A stretch of 64,000 nt of DNA, taken from positions 73,222,001-73,286,000 of the forward strand of contig OX597818.1 of the NCBI GenBank assembly GCA_951406725.2, given 5' to 3'. The DNA is from Octopus vulgaris (lineage: Eukaryota). Under the pieces are notes generated by a model, which was not told the origin of the DNA, did not search any database, and was given only the letters and a program-made list of their open reading frames with translations. Position numbers and translations under genes: made by a program. Below are positions 40,783-52,644 of this stretch, in pieces (the stretch's first letter is position 1; every line of letters starts with the position of its first letter).

Positions 40783-41763
40783 ATGGAATACAACCAAAAG
40801 GAGCTCCCGTTCTTGGATATACTAATTAAAAAAATTAACCTTAAAATAGAAACAGACATTTTTTACAAAGCCACAGACGCCAAACAATACCTTCTCTTTA
40901 ATTCATGCCACCCAAGACACACTAAAACAAACATCCCCTTCAACCTTGCAAGAAGGATATGCACAATAGTGTCAGAACAAAATACCAGGAACTTTAGACT
41001 GCAAGAACTCAAAAACACCCTAATTGACAGACATTACCCAGCTCAACTCATAGAGGATGGGATCAGACGTGCAACAGAAATCAACATAGAAACTTTAAGA
41101 AAAGTTCAACACAACAACACACCTTCCCCGAAAATACTACCTTACATATCTACATACAACCCCAGAAACAAAGAAGCCTTCACCATCATCACCCAGAATT
41201 TACCAATACTTCATAAAAACCCAAAATTAAAGGAAATTCTAAACATACACCAAATCATTAAAAGCTACAAACAGCCTAAATCACTTAAAAAGATTCTCAC
41301 AAAGGCAGAATTGTCTTCTAAAATTACGGATGCAAAAGTAAAAAAATGTGGTAGATCGAACTGTGCAACATGTCCTAACCTATTGGAAGGATCAGAATTC
41401 TTCTTTAAAGAGGGACAGAAATTTAAGATCAAATCTAACTTTACTTGTGCCTCTGAAAACATAATTTATGTTATTAAATGCTCGGGCTGCCACCAAGACT
41501 ACGTGGGTTCCACGGGACTATCACTCAGGCGCAGATGCACACTGCATCGACAACAGATTGCATTCCCAGAATATAGAATGATACCTTTTAGTGAGCACAT
41601 TGAGAAATGCGCAAAGCAACTACTGCCACAATTTTTAATCTTCCCATTTTACCAATGTGCTTTCGGATCATCAACACAAATGAGACTGAACAAGGAAACA
41701 TTCTTCATTGAAAAGTACAAACCCAGACTCAACCATCCGAACATACTGACACAGAGAAATTAA
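40783..41763 (+). pseudogene. inverted duplicate of the PLE thumb + GIY-YIG coding region (open frame beginning at an internal Met)
   Basis: From MEYNQKELPFLDI to the stop, the protein is identical to the 39035-40084 ORF. Confidence 0.9.
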
Positions 41764-41899
41764 CAAGGAAAAGGGGAAAAAAATTTTTAAGCGATTATCT
41801 CCCCTACACCGGAAAAAATCACTCACTACCTCCCCTTATTTAGAAATCTCCTGGAAATAAAAACAACGATAATTCCATGCAATATAAACATAACGTCAC

Positions 41900-41939
41900 A
41901 AGAAATTTGAAAAGCTACACGCGAAACCGGTAATTTCTT
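41900..41939 (+). ncRNA. minimal hammerhead-like ribozyme, U3:A8 variant (second copy 38848-38887, minus strand)
   Basis: aagaaat-TTGAAAA-GC(tacac)GC-GAAA-CCGG-TA-atttctt, giving a perfect 7-bp stem I and a palindromic stem III, in the PLE 3' region. Confidence 0.75.
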
Positions 41940-42073
41940 TAAAAATTTTAAAATTATGTCATTTTAAGGAAAAGGAAAAAAAATTTTTCCAATATTCTCC
42001 AGACATTTTGACACAAATATATATATTTTTTAACATTTAAGCCTTCTGTCGTTTTTTCACACTTTACTATTTT

Positions 42074-42114
<41 letters not shown>

Positions 42115-42576
42115 GTATATGTATCTATGTATATATGTATGTATATGTGTGTATATATGTGTATACATGTATATATATATGTATATGTATATGTGTATAT
42201 ATATATGTGTATATATATATATATTTTTTTTCGATTAGATTTTCTTTTTTTTCTTTTTTTTCGATTAGATTTATTTTTATTATTACTAATATTGTTGTTA
42301 TACATACATACAAGCATATGTAATGATAATATTGGGTGGATGTAAACACATGAACAAAATTAGAACAAAAGCAACAACAACAAAAACAAAATACAAATTA
42401 CATGAATGTATATAAACAGAAGATACACATATTACAGGCATCCCCCCCACACACACACTAAATAAACATAGACGCACATAGAGATATAAGCATGCGCAAA
42501 TGAAGACATACAATAGAAATACAAAATGGCTGACGGTTAGTAAGGAGAGACACAAATACGAAAGAAGAAAACAAAG

Positions 42577-42620
42577 GACCGCTGATGCGGTCACAGGAGT
42601 GTGACGAAAGAACTCTGGCC
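42577..42620 (+). ncRNA. hammerhead-like motif (CUGAUGC variant) in the outer PLE repeat
   Basis: gacc(a/g)-CTGATGC-G-GTCACA(ggag)TGTGAC-GAAA-gaac-TC-tggcc. The same motif is present in the left arm, on the minus strand near 37727-37770. Confidence 0.5.
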
Positions 42621-42797
42621 GAAATAAGATTAAGATTAATGTAAAAAATAAATATCACTGAAGCAAAATAACATCAAATATATAGTGCGTGTGTTTTTAT
42701 TGGCTAAAGTGGCAAAAGGACCATTCTGAAATATAACAATATCTGTTTCAACACACGACTTCACATAAAAAAATCCTTGCACAACAAATATTTAAAC

Positions 42798-42861
<64 letters not shown>

Positions 42862-42910
42862 ATGTATAGGTACGTATATGTATGAATATATATATATATA
42901 TTTATAGGTA

Positions 42911-42972
<62 letters not shown>

Positions 42973-44124
42973 TACGTAAATAGATAGATAGATAGATATA
43001 CAAGCATAGACACGGTGAATGAGAAAGCAAGACTTGGTAATATCTCTTGAAAGCATTTAAGTTATAACTTATAATGCGATGTCGTTTTGTAATAAAGTCT
43101 CTTACAGCCGTTTCTAGACTATATAAGTATCTGGATCTAATATTATAGAATGAAATTTTCCATGTCAGCCAGGTACTTCATCATCCGTCATTCCGTCAGA
43201 GAAAAACAATGAATAGCCTTAATCCAGAATATTATTAGTAAACGGATCTTTGCGGAATTAAGGAGTATCCAAATTAAAAGCCGTTATGGTCGGTAGATCC
43301 ACTACCAAAAGTAAAAGAGATCTCTAGTAAAAACATTCTCAGCAGATTTATTTTGAAATATCATATGAAATGCATGTTAAAAGTTGATAAAAGCGGATAG
43401 TTCTACAGTTGAGAATAATGTGAAATGGTTATGAGTGGAAGACATTCAGGCAGAATATAATATTCTAGGAAAAGCAATAGGAGACTTTTTAATATATATC
43501 TTATATCTACTTGTTCAATAACAAACGACTTCTAGGCATCTTTAATAGGCCGCTTCAAAACTGCTTTTTTCTGGTAAGCCAAAGTGAGCACTTACAGTAC
43601 TTCACGTCAACAAACGTAAACTCTTCATATATATATATATATATATATATATAGCTGGTGCTGGAGATGTAAACAAGGCAGCCAGTGCTGTATTGTTTAC
43701 ACCTCCGCAAAGTAGCATTTCAGTCGAAGAGTACAATAGAATAAATATTAGGCCTGTAGTTAAGTTTCTGGTTACTGAACTCACTCTACGAGGTTTAAGT
43801 ATAATGACAATGCAATGGATAAAACAAGTAGAAGAATTATAAAAGGATTCTGTTTTTTGTACGTGTGTGTAGGTGTGTATTATTTATTGTACACATACGT
43901 AGATATATTGTTTGACTTGTTTCAGTTATTTGACTGCAGTCATACTGAAGCAACGTCTTCAAGGTTTTTTTTATTCGAAAAAATCGACATCGGGACTATA
44001 TTTATCGGTTCTTTAGCCGAACCGCTAACTTACGGGGATGTAAACACACCAACACGACTTGTCAAATTCTCATGGGGCGGGGAGGGACAAACATACACAC
44101 AAAAATACACATACGCATATACTG

Positions 44125-44181
<57 letters not shown>

Positions 44182-44182
44182 A

Positions 44183-44400
44183 GGAGGCGCAATGGCCAAG
44201 TGGTTAGGGCAGCGGACTTGCGGTCGGAGGATCGCGGTTTCGATTCCCAGACCGGGCGTTGTGTGTGTTTATTGAGCGAAAACACCTAAAAGCTCCACAA
44301 GGCTCCGGCAGGGGATGGTGGTGATCCCTGCTGTACTCTTTCACCACTCTAAAGGCGGTGCTCCAGCATGGCCGCAGTCAAATGACTGAAACAAGTACAA
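44183..44400 (+). mobile_element. chimeric SINE (family-2 head, family-1 tail)
   Basis: 44183-44350 matches the head of the 51449-51768 SINE. 44351-44397 matches the tail of the 20599 SINE. An A-rich run follows. Confidence 0.8.
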
Positions 44401-44432
44401 AAAAAAAAAAAAAAAAAAAAAAATATATATTT

Positions 44433-44477
<45 letters not shown>

Positions 44478-44478
<1 letters not shown>

Positions 44479-44863
44479 TAGCAGTATCGCCCGGCGTTGC
44501 TCAGGTTTGTAAGGGAAATAACTATAAAGCATCTTTAGAGAGTTATAGCCAAAAAATAGCAAAAAAATGAAAAAAAAATGATGGTAAATTTTTTTTTGAG
44601 AGTAAAAAAAGGTTGAGTTGCGTCCCCTAGACAGTCTGTGGTTTTTTTTTTTTATTCTCGACCCCATGTCGAATTTATCGATTTTTTTCAGAACTGGGGG
44701 AACTTTTCAAAATTTTCGCTGCGTTAGTTTTGAATTATGACATTGGGCTATGCGTGTGTCAAGTTTCATCAGAATCGGTTGAAAGCCGTGGTCAGGGTGA
44801 GGGTACGAGAAAACAGACACACAGAAACACGCACAGACAAACTGCCGTTTATATATAGAGAGA
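44478..44863 (-). mobile_element. non-autonomous Helitron
   Basis: The minus strand starts TC(tctctatatataaacggcag) and ends with hairpin cctgagcaacgccggg + cgatactg + CTAG. It is inserted in (TA)n with no target duplication. Confidence 0.75.
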
Positions 44864-45128
44864 TATATATATTTATATATATATATATACGGTGGGCTTC
44901 TTTTAATTTCCGTCAAACAAATCCACTCACAAGGGTTTGGTCGGCCCGAGCCTATAATAGAAAACATTTGTCCAAGCTGACATGCTGTGGGACTTAACCG
45001 GAACCATGTGATTCGGTAGCAAGCTTCTTATCACACACCCACACCTATATTGTTAAATTTTATATAGATGCATGCAAAAATAAATGTGTACATTAAATAT
45101 ATATACATAAATATACGTGTGTGTGTAT

Positions 45129-46062
45129 TCGAAACGCGGAGTAGATGAAACAGGGACAACTGATGAAGGGGAATATTCTTTATGTTCCATGTTTCGTTTC
45201 TCTGCTTGTTTTTCGTTGTTCGAAAAAGAAGTTCGTTTTCTATGTTCGTATTTTTATGTTTTCGTTTTTATTTTGTTCAACGCTTTTTTTATGTCCTGTA
45301 CCCATATATACATGTAAATATACATATATATGTAGTTATGTACATATATATATATATATATGTATAAATGCATATATTTATATATATTATTTATATTATT
45401 ATATGATCGAACGCATCCTTTTCCAAGTTTTATCTTAATTATGATGCGCTATCTCTTCTTTCTCTCTCTCTCCCTCTCTTGTCCATCCTTTCTGGTTTTC
45501 TCTCCCACCCTTCCCTATTCTTCTCCTCTCCTCTTCACTGTTCCATCTCTCTCACTCTTCCTCCTTGACTCTCTCGTCCTCACACGTAAGGAAAGGGAAT
45601 CTATCTTTCTGTCCATTTCCTTCCTGAAGACAAGACGCGTTTATACCTGTCTCCTATCATAGCTTGTCCTCCTAGCAATCGTTTTAATTTTTCTATCGTC
45701 TTGATTTAACAGCCCTCACCTTTTGTTTTTACTGTCTTGTTCTCACTGTCCTATTCTTGTTACCCCTGTCACTGCCCGCAAAAAATCCCAAACTCTATTT
45801 AATTTGCTTTGCGTGAAGTATAGTTTCAACTAAGTCACGTATTGTCCTTGCCTTCGAAGGCGGAGTAGATGAAGCAGGGACAACTGATTAAAAGAATATT
45901 CTTTATGTAGTATGTCTTGTTTCTCTGTTTGTTTTTTGCTGTTCGAAAAAGTTCGTTTCCTATGTTTTTGTTTTTATGATTTCGTTCCTCATTCTATTCA
46001 ACGTTTTTTTTTATGTCCACATGTATGCATGTATATATACATATATATGTAGCTAAGTACAT
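45129..46062. repeat. ~200-bp diverged direct repeats (45129-45345 and 45853-46062) around a pyrimidine-rich spacer
   Basis: Both copies read ttcgaa..gcggagtagatgaa.cagggacaactgat...aatattctttatgt...gttcgaaaaag.ttcgtt...ttcaacg.tttttt.atgtcc. Confidence 0.8.
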
Positions 46063-46212
46063 ATATGCATGTATTGTATATATATATACAATATATATAT
46101 ATATATATACAACATATATATATATATATACAATATATATATATATACATACAATATATATATATATACAAACGATTGTACCGAGATTTTAATCCATTCT
46201 TGTTGCTTTTTT

Positions 46213-46254
<42 letters not shown>

Positions 46255-47505
46255 GTTTTATTCAATTTTACCGAATATCGTAGTCATTCGTGTGGTATTA
46301 CAAGTTTTATTTTCGGAAAACGCACGTGCCCTCTGGATTAAGTATTGACGGGAAAAGAGACTTGAAATTAAAACTGGTGAATGCAGAGAAAGTACACGAG
46401 TGTAAAAGAGAGAAGCAAGTGAAATAATTAGCCGTAGTTAATTACATACGAAATCGTATCGGGTAAAATATAAATATGAATCAATCGAGTAACTTGGTAT
46501 ATATAATCAATCTAGTGCGCTTTCTCCCAAAATAATCAACTAGTATTTCATTGATGATCAACTTTGTTCAGCTGAAGGTGAATAAATATTGGCAATCTAT
46601 TTATCTGTAAATGTTATATAGAAAAATACATAATATGCTGGTATTAATATATTCCATGATACCCATTTCACGCACATCTCCGTTGAAGAATATAGATAAA
46701 TATATATACGGATACACATACAGATACACACGCAGAAGAAGGCAGTATTTATATTAGATACAGCTTTGAAGCCATTTTGAAGGTCGACTTCTATCTAGAA
46801 TTGTCTATGGTGTTCTGGTATATTTTATTTGTATTTGTCGACTCCTTTTGAAAGTAATATGAAAGTGTAGAGATACTGAACAGTCAGATATTGTATTTTC
46901 TTACCTCATCCCTAAGTCTTGGATTATCAACACCTGCAAATAAGAATATTTCATAAAAGACAAGGTTTTGAACCACGTATAATGATGATGAGATGACCGG
47001 GAAATATCTTGTTTATTAAACAATTTTCTTTTTAGTGGAATTCTAAAATAAATAATTGTAGAATAGTAGTTGCTGCAGGTGGTAGTGTTCGCAGTTGGTG
47101 TAGGTAACGTAGGTAAAGTCGTAAATTGCTATATTCTTATTTTGCATCCTGATGCCACCATCATCGTCGTCATTGTCATGATCGTCGTCGTCATCGTCAC
47201 TGTCATCTTCCGCAGCTGTATCTACGACATAAAAGAAAGCCACTGAAATTATGTACAGTAAATTTTTCTCTTTCACATACAGAAGTAAAACAATTATCCA
47301 AATACTAGAACTCACAACCAAAATATCTACTGATTACTGAGGTAATTTAGACTGACGAATTATTTGCATATAAATTAACAGAATGAGATAAAAATCCAAG
47401 GCTGTGAAAGATTTCGAACATTTATAAAGAGAAGGTCTTACAGCTGTTGGCTAAGCATTTTCTCACACCGTCTCCGATGAAGGGATATATAAAATATCCC
47501 GGAAA

Positions 47506-48125
47506 TTAATTCTTGAGAACAATTCTTTAGTGGTGGATTTCCTTCGTGGATCTATATCTAGCGTTAGAGTGACCACATGTGGACACTCTCTCATTACTTG
47601 TATTAATAATTTTTACTGTATCCCAGTCTTTATACGCTACGCCACTTGGTGTTTTAAATTGATGTTATTAATTAATATTCAATTTTTTTCACCCTTATCA
47701 TGATTTTAATTATAAATTAATATGTTCTCAAACCGGCAGTAAATTACTGGGGTAGTATTTACATCCGCGTTTTTTTAACGCGCAAGAATGAGGATATTTG
47801 AACATAACTGCAGATATAATCGGCTGCGCAATTCGCTTTTCTTCGACTAAGTGTGGATGTTGGCGTTTGACTCAGCAAATTATTATTTTTTATATACTCT
47901 ACTGACGATTCCAAAATGATTATGTAAGTAAAATTACACAATCTATTAACGGTGAAACAATTGTATAGAGTTAATCTATTTTTTCGTTAATTTTCATTTG
48001 TCCTGCTCGCTTACATTCTTGGCGCGTTGAATTAATTCTTGAGAACAATTCTTTAGTGGTGGATTCCCTTTGTGGATCTATATCTAGCGTTAGAGTGACC
48101 ACATGTGGACTCTCTCCCATTACTT
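47506..48125. repeat. ~90-bp direct repeats (47506-47600 and 48031-48125)
   Basis: attaattcttgagaacaattctttagtggtggatt...gtggatctatatctagcgttagagtgaccacatgtggac occurs twice. Confidence 0.85.
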
Positions 48126-48498
48126 ATATATATATATATATATATATATAACAATAATTAAGGGTTTAACAAGTTGCTTCACCACATACCGAAAATGTGG
48201 TGAAGCAACGTGTTGCTAACCCCTTAATCATTGTTATAATTATATAAAAACAAACAAAAAACTTCTTGTATAAGTTTTTACTGAATATGGTTCTTTTCCA
48301 TACCGAAAATATATGGTAAATGTTTTTAATGATTTTTATATATATATATATATATATATGCATGCTAATAAATGACCTACGTTGGACTCCTCATTCGCAT
48401 AATCACCGAACATGGTGCTTAACTATAGTATGACAATAGCACTTACTCAGCGTTACCTGACACCTTTGGATCTTCGTGACGCCATTACCTCTCATAAC

Positions 48499-49185
<687 letters not shown>

Positions 49186-49639
49186 AAACTGAAATATGTT
49201 TCAAAAAGAAAATAGAAACTACACGCGGAAAATATAATGGGAAGAGTAGGAAGAAAAAATCCGAAAATGCATATTTGATATCAAAAAAATTTACGTTTTT
49301 TTTATGAAACGTAACGATACATATTTACAATTAGATGAACTGAGGTAGAATTAAGAGGATTAATAATTTTTATTCCTCTTAATTCTACCTCAGTTGATCT
49401 AATGATATATATATCCCTTTTTGATTTTATATTGCGTATAACTTCATTATTTTATAACCTTCACATCAGCATTTTGCCGCACATTAGCTATCTTTCTCTC
49501 CATCAAATTGAAGTTGCCCGAATAAGTGCACGCTGTAAAACGCTTCCGGTGTCGAAATGATCGCAGAGCAACGTAATATGTTGGGATCTCAAGAACACAA
49601 TGCACCACCCGGTATATCTATATGCAGAAGAAATAAGAG

Positions 49640-49910
49640 TTTATTATCGGCAACAAATCAATCATTATCCCTTACAGCTGTTTCAATTATATACATTGAA
49701 ATCAATTAGATATTATATTCATATATCTTAGCACAATCTCTTCAGAGGTTAAAAATATACCCTTAGATGTTATACATAACATCTAAAGGTATATTTCTCC
49801 CTCTGAGGAGATTATGCTCAGAAATATTAATTCAATATTTAACTAATTTCAGAGTTTATAATTGTAACAGCTGTAACGGATATTGATTGAATAGTTGCTA
49901 ATAATGAACT
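49640..49910. repeat. ~270-bp palindrome made of two inverted HHR-bearing repeats
   Basis: ttacagctgtttcaattat...tcttcagagg...ttagatgttat is mirrored by ataacatctaa...cctctgagga...ataattgtaacagctgtaa. Confidence 0.85.
49670..49748 (-). ncRNA. type I hammerhead motif, canonical core
   Basis: cct-CTGAAGA-gatt(...)aatt-GAAA-CAGCTG-TA-agg. Confidence 0.65.
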
Positions 49911-50081
49911 TTTTTCTAAATCTGCATTTTCTTCTTTCTCCTTTGCATGAATATAAACTAGGCTTTATATACAAACCTATCATTTTCTGAAATCAATTCC
50001 CTCAAATATATTAGTCATTGAACCAGTATTTCCTTGGATGACACCATCCCTTCATGGAACTAACATAACCTCCAACTGAGT

Positions 50082-50135
<54 letters not shown>

Positions 50136-50137
<2 letters not shown>

Positions 50138-50322
50138 GAGTAAACACATAAATGTGAAACAAGGTGGAAAAAAGAGTACTCAAATACCAGTGATAGAGTA
50201 ATATGCTTTATTTAAAGCAGCAGAAAATTCAACAAAACCTGTCACTCTGAGTTTCACGTTGTCGTTCGTCGGACATTTTTTTACTCAAAGTTTTGTTGAA
50301 TTTTCTGCTGCTTTAAATAAAG
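50136..50322 (-). mobile_element. PLE-type terminal repeat with a short inverted copy and a degenerate HHR
   Basis: ctttatttaaagcagcagaaaattcaacaaaac is inverted at 50290-50322. The minus strand at 50240-50275 reads tgt-CCGACGA-ACG(acaa)CGT-GAAA-CTCaGAG-TG-aca. The element is flanked by (TA)n. Confidence 0.65.
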
Positions 50323-50427
50323 TATATATATATATATATATATAAAACAAACGAACAATATAGTATACATATAATTGGAATATATGTGGAATCCTTGGTA
50401 CAGTTAGGTATATTCGAAAAAGGATAA

Positions 50428-51398
50428 ACTTCACCGGTAGTTCTAATCGGTTTAATTTTCTAATATAATTTTAAACTCTGAAATTTAGATCTTGTACATT
50501 CCTTGTTAACGTCGGTTGGGCATTGTTTGAAGATTCATTGTTAACTTTTCTGCAGAACTTTCTCGCATTCGTCGGTGGCGATTGTCAAACAGATCTCAGG
50601 TTGTGTTATGCTGTGTGATTCTCAATACAAGAGATTTTGGTGTGACTGGGGTGGGATTGGGGTTTGTTCATAAACATGGGAGTGAAAGAGTGCCAACAAA
50701 CAAGAGCAGAAAGAAAAGAGGGAATGGTAAAAACAAGATAATCGATTGACGGTGGAAGTGCGAGGTGGTGAGGTGTCTAAACATTCCAAAGCTAAACTTA
50801 TATTTTTTCTCTCTGCTATCACCCCCTTTTTATCAAAAGACATGTATATTACATATCATTAACACTCCCTACCGACAAACACCTAAACTCATCTTTAACA
50901 TAGAAGATTATTGAAGCTTCTCTTTGTGAAATTAAGTGAATTTGAAAAACATCTGACCATTATATTTTTCACCAAAGTTCAACTATTCAAAAGGAACTAT
51001 CTGGATGGTACTTTCACTAGCCCTTCATAAAACACTCCTTAAACACCACACCGCCTCCCAACTCCATCCTCAATCAATTATTTCGTTTTTACCATTCACT
51101 ATTTTCTTTCAGCTCTTGTTCATCAACACTCTTTCCCTTCCACACTTATCAACAAACTCCAGACCCACCCCAGACACACCCAAATCTCTTACATATAGAA
51201 TCACACAGTAAACACAACCTGATATCAGTTTGGCAATCGTCACCGACGAATGAGAGAAAGTTCTACCGAAAAGTAAATCAGGTGTCTTTAAAAATTCTCC
51301 CCACTGAAGTGAACAAATAACTTCTTAGGTCTAAAAACCAAATTGTAAAATTATATTATTAGAAAATTAAATCAAATAGATCTACCAGTGAAAAGTGG
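50428..51398 (+). mobile_element. old inverted-repeat element, probably PLE-derived
   Basis: 50428-50622 and 51197-51398 are diverged inverted repeats with CCGACGA..GAAA. An internal KIIEASL...FNYSKG (50904-50997) resembles a Penelope endonuclease C-terminus. Confidence 0.55.
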
Positions 51399-51402
51399 AA
51401 TC

Positions 51403-51448
<46 letters not shown>

Positions 51449-51452
<4 letters not shown>

Positions 51453-51768
51453 CGTGATCACCGTGATCACCGTGACCGACCAGGCTATCAGATGTTGTTA
51501 CACATCGCTGGTGACAATGCGCCTCGCATTGCTTTAGCCTTCAAATGACGCCACCCCGCTGGCTAAGCGAGCACACCAACAGTAGAAAGAGTGAGAGAAA
51601 GTTGTGGCGAAAGAGTACAGTAGGGATCGCCATCACCACCCTGCCGGAGCCTCGTGGAGCTTTAGGTGTTTTTGCTCAATAAACACACAAAACGCCCGGT
51701 CTGGGAATCGAAACCGCGATCCTACGACCGCGAGTCCGCTGCCCTAACCACTAGGCCATTGCGCCTCC
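51449..51768 (-). mobile_element. full-length tRNA-derived SINE (family 2)
   Basis: The minus strand has A box tggcctagtgg and B box ggtttcgattccc, and ends in (cacggtgat)3. Confidence 0.85.
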
Positions 51769-51800
51769 ACACACACTTACACACACACACACACACACAC

Positions 51801-51852
<52 letters not shown>

Positions 51853-51991
51853 ATATTAAATTAGAGATAAAACCACTATTAGGCAAATCAAACAATGAAA
51901 AATTTAAGCCAATACATAAAATTAATTAATTTATATTATTTTAAATATATATCAAAATTATTAAAAGTTTAATAAAAGATAGTGAGTTAAA

Positions 51992-52060
51992 CACTACGAT
52001 CGTTTCATGGCTGTCCAATTCGTAATAATTCGAGTTATGGTTACAGTCAATCTTCAGGTG
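51992..52060 (-). ncRNA. type I hammerhead motif, canonical core
   Basis: cac-CTGAAGA-ttgactgt(...)acagccat-GAAA-CGATCG-TA-gtg. A partial inverted copy lies at 52082-52101. Confidence 0.7.
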
Positions 52061-52475
52061 ATTGAAATATTTATCTTAGCTAAGATTGACTGTAACCATA
52101 AATATAACTTTAACCGCAAATATGCGTCACGTGTTACCGCAACTGTTTATAACTCGCTCTGAGATTTATCATTGTTTGATTTCACTTTTTCAATATCAGT
52201 GTCAATCGACACTGGAAAAAGTATATGTATTTATGAGGGAAACTGAATTCTCGTCGACAACTATGATTGTCACACGCTGATGATAGGTAAACACCTTGAA
52301 ACTCGAGTCCGTGTCTATCATAAGTTGAAGACGGGAAGGATGACTTCCCTTCACAAATACTGATAGGGCACAGATAGTGTGTCTATAGCCAGCTGGAGGA
52401 GATATCTTCCTGGGGCTACAAACTACAGTAGCATCCACCCTTAGGGGTTAGCCATATTCAAATGGCAAATATGCG

Positions 52476-52590
<115 letters not shown>

Positions 52591-52644
52591 GCATGTATAT
52601 ATATATATATATATATATGTGGGCAAGACTTGAAAACATGTAGA

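Larger units (their letters stand above)
38670..42080 (-). mobile_element. young Penelope-like element with a 1.3-kb inverted duplication of its 3' half
   Basis: 38706-40016 is almost exactly the reverse complement of 40782-42080. The 765-bp spacer encodes the RT core. (TA)n lies on both sides. Confidence 0.95.
37606..42741 (+). mobile_element. outer Penelope-like element with ~300-bp inverted terminal repeats, interrupted by a younger PLE
   Basis: 37606-37904 is the reverse complement of 42440-42741 with few differences. There is a GIY-YIG remnant at 37931-38512, and the 3' region is split within a (TA)-rich tract. Confidence 0.85.
43910..45047 (-). mobile_element. family-1 SINE split by two nested insertions
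   Basis: The 3' half is at 43910-44100 (cttgtttcagttatttgactgc...) and the 5' half at 44890-45047 (ccactcacaagggtttggtcggccc...ccggaaccatgtg). Confidence 0.75.

Noticed and set aside
38706-42080. Inverted duplication as a sequencing/assembly foldback artefact
   Set aside because: The arms differ at a few substitutions and in homopolymer length, have a unique 765-bp spacer, and fit the known PLE inversion pattern. An artefact is not fully excluded without reads.
44183-44255. tRNA-like sequence (also at 51695-51768)
   Set aside because: It continues directly into a SINE body and is multi-copy, so it is a SINE head and not a tRNA gene.
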